Positions 1 through 11,392 of a stretch of DNA of 60,000 nt are shown piece after piece. Each line of letters begins with the position of its first letter. The first letter of the stretch is position 1. The DNA comes from Amphiscolops sp. MND2022 (Eukaryota), in contig OZ076409.1 in assembly GCA_964187785.1 (NCBI GenBank), positions 24,678,001 through 24,738,000 on the forward strand. Reading direction: 5' to 3'. A program made the translations under genes and the position numbers. A model generated the notes under the pieces. The model saw only the letters and a list, made by a program, of their open reading frames with translations. It did no database searches and was not told the origin of the DNA.

Positions 1-660
1 GTGTGATTCTAGTGAATTCGCATTTTCTTTCGATGTCAACAAATCTTTTTCAGTATTCATCTAATGTTTCGCTGTCCTCTTGTTTGAAGTTAAAGAATTG
101 GGCTCGACTGTGAAAAACATTTCTCGCGGGTATGAATGTTTTCTTGAATCGTTTCAATAGTTCTGATAGGTCGACGTCTTTCAGCTCTCTGCCCCAATGA
201 AATCTCATAATTTCGTGTTTGGCTTAGTGCCCAAGTAACACCTCCCTTGATGTGATACACGGTATTTGGGTCCATTTGATCGGTGCCTTGGTCCATCATT
301 TCGTCTAAATTCCGATTGTACTTAAGATGTATGTACTCGGAAATTTGTTCCCACCACATTCGTGGGTTTATTTTTGTCAAATCAGTTTCTGTGTCCAATA
401 AAATTGGGATTTTGTACTTGTTCGTCTCCAGTCGGTCGCTGTTGTCTGGTTCATCATCGTTCGATTCACGGCCAGTTGGGCCGGTTGTACCGAAATATTC
501 GGGTCTGAGTGGGTGTCCATTAGATTGCTGACTGCGCCATGTAATTGACCAATGGATAAGTAAGAAGTTGAATTAAAAGCTAGAATCTCAACATTAATGT
601 ACGTTACAAGATTCGTGTGTACTATACGATCAACTGTGTCAAAACGTAGCACTGGCACAA
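1..660 (-). mobile_element. 5' part of a decayed Ty3/Gypsy LTR retrotransposon (PBS plus start of gag), running off the window's left edge
   Basis: Minus-strand ...TTACA TGGCGCAGTCAGCA (526-539) is a tRNA-Ser-type PBS directly after a CA dinucleotide. It is followed by frameshifted gag-like ORFs (KINPRMWWEQISEYIHLKY) resembling the gag starts at 20604 and 23350. Confidence 0.65.
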
Positions 661-2281
661 AATGTTCTGTGGTAAGAATGTTTCTATGGCAGGTACTTTG
701 AACCTAAATGGCCATATGAATGGCATCTTCGTCTCACAGTTTTTTTTTAAATTTTTGCTTAAGACTTCCACTGAAATGGAAACTTTTTTGTTCAACTAAA
801 CGACAGACTCGAAGCGCATCTAAATTAGTGGAAAGGGGCACCCATATAATTTTCTTCTTTTTAAATGTAACATACGAAACCGGACGAGACCAAAGGGATC
901 CCCTTTTCGATTTTTTTTTCGGCGCTGCGACCTTTTTTGAAAGTTTTTCATTGCTTACGAAGGGTCCCCCTTCAATTTTTTTTGACACTTCGCCAGAGAA
1001 TGGATGTTACAAAATCCCAGAGGGTCCCTTCTTTCCCATTTTTCGGCATTGAGATTTGTCAAAATGATTTTTTTGTCTAGTATTCTCAATATCATCAATA
1101 TACATCCTCCTACGTTTGTTTTTCAAAACTTTTAACCATTCAAACTTTTTTGTTTAACGTTCATATTCTCTGCATTTCAAGTACGTTTTCTTTGTTTCTT
1201 CCCTGAACTCACGAAGGTATCGAGAGCTAACTGATTTACATTCGATTGTTGATTTATTTTTTTCTCGACAATACACGACAACAGTTCAAAAAAAATGCTC
1301 AATAGAAAAGTACAAATAACTCTTAGCCAGGAATGCAACAGTTACAAAATATGAACAATTGCAATTTAATTCAAATCATTTCGGCGGCAAAATCCCGGTT
1401 GATGTATTTCGAACTGAAAATGCGTTTTCTGCTTGTTTTTCTTGACGCATTTAATAGGTTTCCAACAGCCCAAAGTAATCCTTGTAGCTGTATCGATGGG
1501 AATATTTCTCCTCAGATATGTTTCTGTTGAAGCGAAAATTTTTTTACACCCACACGGTCCTTCAATTCTATCGAGAACTATTCAGAATCAGGAATCTTCC
1601 AATGTAAACTATCAAGAACATTTTCGCTATGACTTCCCACAGAGTCAGTGTTATTTTCTAACGTGAGGGAAAAGACGCCAAATAAGGGGCCACTTTCTGG
1701 AACTTTGCAAATTATCATGTGCTCAAGAACAATTATTTCAGAAGCGAAAAACTTCCTAGTGCTACCTTCAGGTTTTAGATTTCATTCTGACGTGAAACCT
1801 CGGTTTAAATTTTATACGAAAGGTACTTCAATTATTGACGTGTCAACACTGAGTAGAGAGAGCTTTGAACTATTCGCCTTCAAAGAATTTTCATGGCTCT
1901 CGATAAATCTGCCTCAGTGAAATTAGCAACACTTATGGAATTAAGAAGAGTCTCAAAATGAAAGTCTTATTTCCATAAAAAGATTTTTTAAATCTCGGGG
2001 ATTTAAAACCTTTCAAAATCGCTAATGGACAATTTCGCCAGCGCTGAATTGATTGAAACCTCAAATTGACGACACAAAATTGAGTCTCGTCCGAGAAAAA
2101 CGCCCGCCGATGGCAGGAAATAACAATTAAACATTTCAAGCTTAAAATGATTCTTTTGACAGAGTGAAGAGGCAAAAAAATATTCAGTAGTTGCTGCGAT
2201 TGAAAAGCGCTCATTTGGAAAGCCGCTGACAGGATATTAAAGAACAAATCAAGAATAATGCAAGTAACAATCAACCAAAGA

Positions 2282-2450
2282 ATGTCACAAGTTGGCATCG
2301 CGGCCGTCGCACTTTTGGCTCTGGGGGTCATTGTGGGGAGAGTCCAGGCAAACCCTTTGACCGAGTCAGGGACACCCGTCATTTCGGAACCCATCTACAC
2401 CTCCCACAACTACGAAAAATTCGTTCGCCAGCTTCTGCAACGGAAACAAG
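2282..2450 (+). CDS. Probable first coding exon of a secreted protein or peptide precursor
   Basis: MSQVGIAAVALLALGVIVGRVQA|NPLTESG... has a hydrophobic signal-peptide core and a VQA cleavage-like motif. It is a GC-richer island ending at a perfect donor CAAG|GTGAGT (2451). Downstream exons were not securely found. Confidence 0.6.
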
Positions 2451-3458
2451 GTGAGTCCAATTTCTATATTTGTCATCTTTTACAGCAACGTTTATTCCAA
2501 CTGGATACTAAAACACCATTTCATCATTCCTTATAAAACAAAAACTAAATAGAAATCCCGTCAGGACAGAGGATGGGCTTCTAGTCCCTTTAAGAAAACC
2601 TATCAGATACAAGCTGCAAATACAGGCTTGAAAAATTCAACAAATCAGTTCGATGTGATAAAGAATTTTCCCAATAGATCAGACGCGAATGGATTAGTTT
2701 ATGACGACTAGATGCACGTTCGTTCAACTGATGCCTCAATGTTCACGATTTTGTTCAAAAATTGATCCCTGAATATTCGTATGTATAGATAATAGGACCT
2801 CATTGACATCTTCTCCCATAACAAATTCTTTTTTAAAAAAGTGCCGCAATAAATTATGTGCTGCGGTTTGAAGTCAATTCGCGGTTCGGTTTATAGTGTG
2901 TGGTTTGCGGTTTCTAATTAAATTAGCCAGAGCCCAGCTCATCAATATTTATTTAACTTCGTTTTTCACCTCGCCTATCTAAAATTGAACCTTTTACAAT
3001 GAACTCATGACTTATCCTGAAAAAAATTCATCAACTCTAGAAGAGTTCCACTTGAAAATGTTTGAAGTTCTTACAGCTCCAACAAAAGTCGGTCTTTAAT
3101 GAGAGGGTGAATGTTCTTTGATTGCTACCGTTAGGAAATACTATTTTTTGTTAGTCGGCGCATTCGTTGAAAAAGCAAACTACAGTAGTGACTTCTTTAA
3201 GACCAAAGAACTGACAGATTTGATGAGATTTATAAGCCGTTGCTTAGTACTTGTCACTTCTACAGCCGCTTGGCACAGAGATAAACCGCGAAGTTTGAAG
3301 TCTGAGAATCAGAAGGACGTAGGTTCGAGTCTAGCACTTGACCAAAAATTTTTGAATGCTTGTAACTTAAACTTTGTGAGACTTTTCGAAACATTTTTAA
3401 TGTCGCCAAAGGGTCCCCTCTTCAACGTTTTTAATATTTTGCAACAAATTGAATTCTC

Positions 3459-6400
3459 AACAAGACGCCCGCTGACCAGCAGGATATTTTCCGTCCAAAC
3501 TGTTCAAGCAATGACATATTTTTGAGACTCAAGAGTAGCCATTACACTATGAAAACGCTTAGAGGTTTGATGGAAAAAGGTTTGACACTTTTTGAATATT
3601 GTTATGCCATTTCAGAAGGAAACACTTCAAGAAGACACCAAACACTTATTTGTTTTTCCGTCAGATTGTGTGTAACCTAACCAATCAAATTTTCTTTAAA
3701 TTTGCGTGAAGTTGCCAAAAACTTGAAAAATTGTAGAGTTTTGCTTTTCGACAACTTTGCGGTCATTTGATGAACTTTTATGAGAAACTGTAGATGTCTT
3801 TTCAAAAACGCTTTTTGGATTGAGTTGAAAAATTTCTGATGTAAAACACTGTAATTTTCTCATCAGAAAGGAAACTACATACCTGATTCTATCACCTCGG
3901 AATGTTTTGAACCATCTATTTTACCAATATTATCAAAAATGACACTCAAATAACATGAAGAATCTACAAAAACGGGAATTTTTAAGAATTTTCGACAATT
4001 TTCGTGTCAAATTAAAGCTTAATTTTTGATCAGAAACTGGCACATATCCCATCAAAAAGCCTACAGAGAACGCCTCCAGTTGTTGTTGAACCGTTTCAGA
4101 GTTTGGATCCATGAAAAGGTTGAAGTTTTTACAAAAGTTGCGGTGGAAAATACAAAAATGTAAAAAAAAGTAAGATTTGTTGACTATTTCGTGGTCCTTG
4201 TTGCAATTTTTTTTACTAAACTGCATTTATCTCCGCAAACAACCCCATTGGACAACGAAATCATTCGCTGTTGATCGTATATAACGTTTTGATCCACGAA
4301 ATCTATAGAAATTTGACAAAAGTTGTATAAAAAATTGAAAAATTGGTACATTTTGAAGTTTTTGTCATTTTTGGTCGCAAATTAAGCGTTTTTTTCAGTA
4401 GAAAACTTGGTTTACTTCTTGACAAAACCCTCTGACAACGAATTGGTTCCTTGTTGAACGTCTTCAATTTTCTAAGCCACCAATTTTTTCAAAAAGTACA
4501 CAAAAACTGCATAAAATTTTCAAAAACCTGAAGTTTTTTTTGTTTTTGTCAATTCGGGTCTGAATTTGATGCAATTTTCCAGAACAAATTGCTTTTACCT
4601 CTTCAAAAAAGTCTCCGGACAAAAAATTGTTTCCTTGTTGAACATCTGTGAGATTCTAAGCCATGAAGGTTTCAGAAAAATACACAAAAATTGAACAAAA
4701 TTTCAAAAATCTAAACTTGTTAGTTTTTTTGTCAATTTTGGTGTGAATTTGATGCATTTTTCCAGCACAAATTGCTTTTACCTCTTCATAAAAGCCACCC
4801 GGACAACGAATTGTTTCCTTGTTGATCGTCTGTGAGATTCTAAGCCATCAAAGTTTTGGAAAAATACACAAAAATTGAATAAAATTTTCAATATTCTGAA
4901 CTTTTTTTTGTCAATTTTGGTGTGAATTGGATGCATTTTCCAGCACAAATTGCTTTTACCTCTTCAAAAAAGCCCCCGAACAACAAATTGTTTCCTTGTT
5001 GAACATTTGTGAGATTCTAAGCCATCAAGGTTTTAGAAAAATACACAAAAATTGAACAAAATTTTCAAAAATCTGAACTTTTTAGTTTCTTGTCAATTTT
5101 GGTGTGAATTTGATGCATTATTCCAGCACAAATTGCTTTTACCTCTTCAAAAAGCCACCCAGACAACGAATTGTTTCCTTGTTGAACGTGTGTGAGATTC
5201 TAAGCCATCAAGGGTTTAGAAAAATACACAAAAATTGAATAAAAACTTCAATAATCTGAACTTTTAATTTTTTTTGTCAATTTTGGTGTGAGTTGGATGC
5301 ATTTTCCAGCACAAATTGCTTTTACCTCTTCAAAAAGCCATCCAGACAACGAATTGTTTCCTTGTGGAACGTCTGTGAGGTTCTAAGCCATCAAGGATTT
5401 AGAAAAATACACAAAAATTGAACAAAATTATCAAAAATCTGAACTTTTCAGTTTTTTTTGTCAATTTTGGTGTGAATTTGATGCATTTTTCCAGCACAAA
5501 TTGCTTTTACCTCCTCAAAAAAGCAACCCAGACAACGAATTGTTTCCTTGTTGAACGTCTGTGAGATTCTAAGCCATAAAGGTTTTAGAAAAATACACAA
5601 ACATTGCATGAAATATTCAATAATCTGAACTTTTTTGTCAATTTTGGTGTGAATTTGATGCATTTTCCAGCACAAATTGCTTTTACCTCTTCAAAAAAGC
5701 CCCCGGACAATAAATTGTTTCCTTGTTGAACATCTGTGAGATTCTAAGCCATCAAGGTTTCAGAAAAATACACAAAAACTGAACAAACTTTTCAAAAATC
5801 TGAACTTTTTAGTTTTTTGTCAATTTTGGTGTGAATTTGATGCATTTTTCCAGCATAAATTGCTTTTACCTCTTCAAAAAAACCATCCAGACAACAAATT
5901 GTTTCCTTGTTGAACGTCTGTGAGATTCTAAGTCATCAAGGTTTTAGAAAAAAAAACACAAAAATAGAACAAAATTTTCAAAAATCTGAATTTTTCAGTT
6001 TTTTTGTCAATTTTGGTATAAATTTGATGCATTTTTCCAGCACAAATTGCTTTTACCTCTTCAAAAAAGCCACCCGGAAAACGACTTGTTTCCTTGTTGA
6101 ACGTCTGTGAGATTCTAAGCCATAAAGGTTTTAGAAAAATACACAAAAATTGCATGAAATTTTCAATAATCTGAACTTTTTTGTCAATTTTGGTGTGAAT
6201 TTGATGCATTTTCCAGCACAAATTGCTTTCACCTCTTCAAAAAAACCATCCAGACAACGAAGTGTTTCCTTGTTGAACATCTGTGAGATTCTAAGCCATC
6301 AAGGTTTTAAAAACATACACAAAAATTGAATAAAAGTTTCAATATTCTGAACTTTTTATTTTTGTCAAGTTTGGTGTGAATTTCACGCATTTTCCAGCAC

Positions 6401-7318
6401 AAATTGCTTTTACCTCTTCAAAGAAGACTCTCGGACAACGATGTTTTCCTTGTTGAACGTCTTTGGCATTCTAAGCCACCAAGTCTTTCGAAAAATAGAC
6501 AAAAATTGCATAAAATTTTCAAAAATCTGAATTTTCAAGTATTTTTGTCAAATTCGGTCTGAATTTGATGCATTTTTTCCAGCAGAAATTGCTTTTATAT
6601 TTTCAAAGAAGCCTCTCGGGCAACGAATTTTTCCTTTTTGGACGTCTTTGACATTCTAAGCCACCAAATCATTCGAAAAATAGACAAAAATTGCATGAAA
6701 TTTTCAAAATTCTGAAGTTTCTGGGATTTTTGTCATTTTGGGTCAGAATTTGAGACTTTTTTACAAATCAAATTGCATTTATAACTTCGAAAACGCCTTT
6801 TGGACAACAAATTCTTTCCTTGTTGAATGTTTTTAACTTTCTAAGCTAGCAAGTGTATCAAAAATTTGACAAAAATTGCATAAAAACGGTAATAATCCGA
6901 ACTTTTTGGAAGTTTTTTCAATTTCGATCGCAGTTTGAGGCATTTTTTCCTTGTAAAGTTGCATTTATTTCTTTGAAAAAGCCTCTTGGTTAACGAAATT
7001 TTTCTCTTTCAACATTTAAAGCCACGAAATCTATCGAAAATGTGACAAAAATTGCTTAAAAACGGTAAAAATTGGAAAATTTTGCAGTTTTTACTATTTT
7101 CGGGTCTTTTTTTGGTCATTCTGGGTTCTTCGGGGTCAACCAAAAAAGTCCAAAAATCTCCACAAATACATACCGCATGATGCTATTTTTACATCAGCTG
7201 AATTCTATGGGTGAAACCCTTTAGCTTTGATATATATAAATTCTTGGCAAATTTTGTAAAAAAAACGCGTTTGATTTAAATATTTTCCTTTTCCATATGA
7301 AATATGGACGGAAAATAA
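3459..7318 (-). mobile_element. Non-autonomous Helentron-like (HINE/DINE-1-type) element carrying an internal satellite
   Basis: 13-bp subterminal inverted repeat TATTTTCCGTCCA (3485-3497) / TGGACGGAAAATA (7305-7317). The minus-strand 3' end is subTIR + hairpin CCTGCTGGTCAGCGGG + CGTCTTGTT, and the 5' end has a partial inverted copy of the subTIR. The flanks rejoin as a copy of the common AAAGGGTCCCC family. Confidence 0.7.
4180..7100. repeat. ~181-bp tandem satellite array, about 16 units
   Basis: GTCAATTTTGGTGTGAATTTGATGCATTTT recurs at about 4548, 4731, 4910, 5092, 5276, 5460, 5637, 5819, 6006, 6183, 6364, 6547, 6732. Central units are near-identical and edge units are degenerate. Confidence 0.95.
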
Positions 7319-7649
7319 CAAGCCAAAGGTGTCTTCCCTCCTACATACTTCGGCAACAGGAGACTTTCCAATTGAATTTTTCGGTCTTGAAATTAGGTTT
7401 TCTCTGCACACTATATTCGAATTTTGCTTTTTCAAGACGAAGGCGTTTCTTCATGGGACTTTGTTCGAATTTCTTGAATACTACTATAATTTTAACCTTA
7501 GTATGGAAAGGCATATAACTCAAGAAATTGAAAACAAATGTTTCAGAATGTAGAATGGGTACCCCGAAGGATGGGGTAGATACGGGCTTCAATAATTCAA
7601 TAAAGTCAAAATAACTCAGTAATCTTTTATCGGTCTTGATGTGAAGCGA

Positions 7650-8325
7650 GTGTATCTCAACGACAGTCTTGACGTCCCGGACTTGTCTTCCACGGTTAAG
7701 ATGCAAAATTATTTCAACGACGATCTTGCAAGTCCCGGACGCCTCACGCACTATTGAAAGAGAGGGTTTCCGAACAACATACTTGAAGTCCCACACTTCT
7801 AAAGCATGATTAGGTTGAAGGGTTTTGGAGAAGGTCTTGTAGTTACGAACCACTCACTCGCGATTGGGACCAATACATGTAAGAATATCTCAACGACTGT
7901 CTGGAAGTCTCAGACATCTTATCCACGATATAGATGAAGGCTTCCCAAAGAAGGTGTTGGTAGTCCTGGACTCCTCACTCGCGATTGGGTTGCTGACATG
8001 TTAGGTTTTTCAGATCTCAGAGTCTCGCACTATTAACCACGATTAGGAATTTGGGAACTGGTTGCTTTAACAAATGTCAGGACTTCACACAGGATTAGGA
8101 CGTGTTGTCCCAACGGCGGAGACCCGGACTTCTCATGCACCATTGATTGGGGCACTACAACGAAGGTTTTGTAGTCTAGGACTCACTCGCGATTGAAGCT
8201 TAGAATCTTGACGAATAGCTGAAAGTCCTACACTTCTCGCCCGAAATCAGAACTCTGTTGTAGAGAAGATATCTCAAAGAAAGTTTTGATAGTCCCGGAC
8301 TTCTCACTTGCAGCTAAATCAGTCT
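7650..8325. repeat. Degenerate ~55-60-bp periodic array (core AGTCCCGGACTYCTCAC..GCGATT)
   Basis: Cores at about 7674, 7731, 7787, 7841, 7906, 7962, 8021, 8075, 8120, 8173, 8224, 8291. Confidence 0.7.
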
Positions 8326-9448
8326 TTCGAATTGACACACACACATCAACCAAAAAAACGTCTTCGGCACAATAGTCACGTTTTAAATCGTTTTGTCATT
8401 TTCACTCTTTGGGTCCTGGCTAAGTGTTGAATAGAATAAGACTGTTTCCCCTGCTTCGGTACCTGAAGATTTACGGAACGTACACTCTCATGCATTATTA
8501 GTGGGTCTGCTTCCACCATTCTGTCAATAAAACTAGACATCAAATTTCGTTTTAAATAAAACTTCCAATAAGCTCTTACTGACAAATGTTTTCCGTAAAT
8601 GCAAACACGACTCTTTTTCGGCTTCACGACATTTGCACTCTTTGTCAGGCCTTTTTTTTCCACACGACTCGCGACCGTTCTCTTCAATCCAAAACGGCTA
8701 CCGAAATAAATTCACAACAATTTTTAATGACGTAAAAGGACAGAAATTGCTCTTTTTGGAACAATACCTGAGGGCAAATATTAGGTGTGCCAGTCACCGG
8801 GGGCAAACAAGAAGTTTGCTATCTGGAAGAATAATTCAGGGCCAAAAAATTTTGGTCAAAACGACATTAAATTTCACCACTTCTTGGTGAAATTTGGCCC
8901 TGAAGGAGTCAGAGTCGACATGGGTGTTGACTTTGGTCAAACTTTCTAAATTTGGTACTCGTACTAGCTCGTTTTTTTTTGATAGAGCCTGAAAGTTCAT
9001 ACACATCAATAGCCCTATGAGCGAGAAACACTCTGCGTATTACATGAAGTCTCTAGCTGATCTCATGAAAGTTTGGTGACTGTTTCCCTAAAAAACAGTC
9101 CTTTCACATTTTTCGGCGGTGTGATCTCCTGTTTTAGGATCCTGTCAATGTCTCAACTCGAGGTCCCTCTCAGGAAGAAAGCTCTCTTTATCTCTGTGTG
9201 CAATGCTCTTGCGTATCTGAACCTTTTCTGACAACCGTAGCGATCCGATGAATTTTTAAAACAAAAGTGATTTTTGGAAAGTTGTTAAAACTTTAATGTA
9301 AATGTTTTCAAACGTTCCTCAAAGGCTGGTATTTCTAAAACTTTAAAATACAGAATGGAATACTCAACGTGGAGGCGTGGCTAAACGTCTATTCGATCTA
9401 ATTTTTCTTCTGTACGTAGTTCTAGGTGGTGGCTGCAACCTCATTGCC

Positions 9449-9970
9449 AAAATAGGCCCCTCCGGGACTCAGTACTATTTTTGCTTTAATCTTTCATTAA
9501 TAAAAGAATCATATCTGGAATACCAATACACTCTTGTTTAATCATTATTTAGCGCACAATTAATCACTGTACAAGTTTACACCGCCTTTAATTCTTCTCG
9601 GACTAAAGAAAATATAACTACTAAGCGTAGACGAAGTTTCGCATTCGCATTTGAATGCAGGCGAAGCTCTCCGTGAACGAATAATCAACACTCATTCGCT
9701 TCATCTCAATAACTCGGAGCAATGAAAGCACAATTACGAACATTCGCTCGCTTCATCTCAATGACGTCAGCATACGAATGGATAATTACCACTCGCTCGT
9801 TCCATCGCACTAGAATTGAATTGTCGTCGGCAGCTGGAGGAATTCAATTCTCACGCGTAACTGCCGAACAAAATATCTGAATTATTCAGTATCGTCCCAA
9901 AAATTGTACTGAAAAAAAGTAGACACTTTCAGATTTCAATAATATTCCTGCTAAAGCAGAAATATTAATA
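9449..9970 (+). repeat. Dispersed ~520-bp repeat, copy 1 (copy 2 at about 34164-34692; partial at about 54030-54350)
   Basis: AAAATAGGCCCCTCCGGG..CTCAGTACTATT through CCTGCTAAAGCAGAAATATTAAT is shared with 34164-34692. It has internal CATTCGCT(CG)CTTCATCTCAAT subrepeats. Confidence 0.85.
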
Positions 9971-11161
9971 TTACATCGCACAGTGGCTTCAAAACATCTA
10001 AAATGCCTTTTTTCGAGTGTCAATAAAGCTAAGGAAAAAAGATGGAGAGGAATTAATACGTCGCGGTACTTGAAGTACTTAATGTTATCTTTACAGCTCC
10101 TATTAATATAACCCACCCTATATAACTACATTGCTGATGAATAAAAATCAGTGAACTCACATTAGGTGAGTGGAAATCAAAAGCCTACATTTTAATTTTT
10201 TGTCAATTTCACGCCAATTTACAAGAAATTGACGAAAAGCACTGCAATTCTCAGTCTATTCTTCACAAAAAGCAAAGAGAACACCCCTTCAAATGTTTTT
10301 AGAATGTTGAGGTCCTAATAAGATCTATTCCAATTTGAGAGATGAAACAGGAAGTCATAGTGTCAAAAATAACAAAATAATCAAATATGGTTTTGATCAA
10401 ACAGCGCTTTCGATTAATAACGCACACTTTACTGTTGGCTTTTTCTAGACCAGTGAAATGCCTTTTCCATAAATTCTATAACTTACAACTTGCTTACCAT
10501 CTTGCCTTCGCCATTTCGCCCGTGACTGATGCGAGTGTGACAAGGACTGGGAATTAGTTGTACGTGGGTTCCAATCCTGTGCTGGACAGAAAAAAATTTC
10601 ATGATTGCAAAAAATGAGCGGACATCAAAAGGTCTTCCTTTCGTTTTTTCGGAAGCCTACTATTTTGTTTTTGATTTTTACAAAGTTTCGGCTCAGAAAA
10701 CAGTGTTTTGCGAGCCTGAAGGATCAGATTTTGGGTTCTTTGGCATTGAGTTTTTACTGAAAAAAAATTTGAAAATTTTTCCAAAATTTTCATTGTTTCA
10801 AGTTAAGGAAAAAGCGGTTTTTGAGTTTTGTGAGTACCCCTTTGGGCTTTTTTCGACACTGTACACCAGATAGAACTTTTAACAATTGTGTCCCTTGAAT
10901 ATTTAAAACACTTTGATCTTTTTGACACTTTCAACGTTGACTTGTTTGAACATTTTGCTGTGATAAATTGCAACCCGTATTGTACAGCCTTGTGTATATT
11001 AGTTCGATCATTTGTCTATTTTCACACACTATGTTTAATTTAATTTTTTCACGTTTTGATTTCACGCCGAACATTTAACTTCCTTGTATTTCAACAACAC
11101 ATACACTGTTGCTTTCCACCAAGTTGTCAGTTTGAATTTCTGTGCGGTTAGCAAAGCAATA

Positions 11162-11392
11162 ATGCCAGGCAAAACAGTGTCTGAATGTGTCAGAAAATTG
11201 ATCCTTCAAAAAACGCGGGAAAAATATAGCCAATGGCAAATTTCGAAAATGCTATTAGTACCACAAGCAACCATTTCCAATATTATTTCGCATTATCGAA
11301 AGGTGGGTACGCTGTCGCCTTTTGCGGAGACCAGGGAGGACGCCCAAAACAATCCGTTTTTATTGAAGCCAAGAGCTAATTTGACAGAGTGA
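11162..11392 (+). pseudogene. Tc1/mariner-type transposase N-terminal HTH fragment
   Basis: MPGKTVSECVRKLILQKTREKYSQWQISKMLLVPQATISNIISHYRKVGT matches the paired-like HTH pattern of Tc1 transposases. No DDE domain follows. Confidence 0.6.

Noticed and set aside
5448..6221. ORFs 5448-5675, 5907-6110, 5928-6221
   Set aside because: Chance translations of the 181-bp satellite.
7650..8325. CRISPR-like repeat-spacer appearance
   Set aside because: The repeats are too degenerate, the intervening segments are partly related to each other (TATCTCAACGAC recurs), there are no cas genes and the context is eukaryotic.
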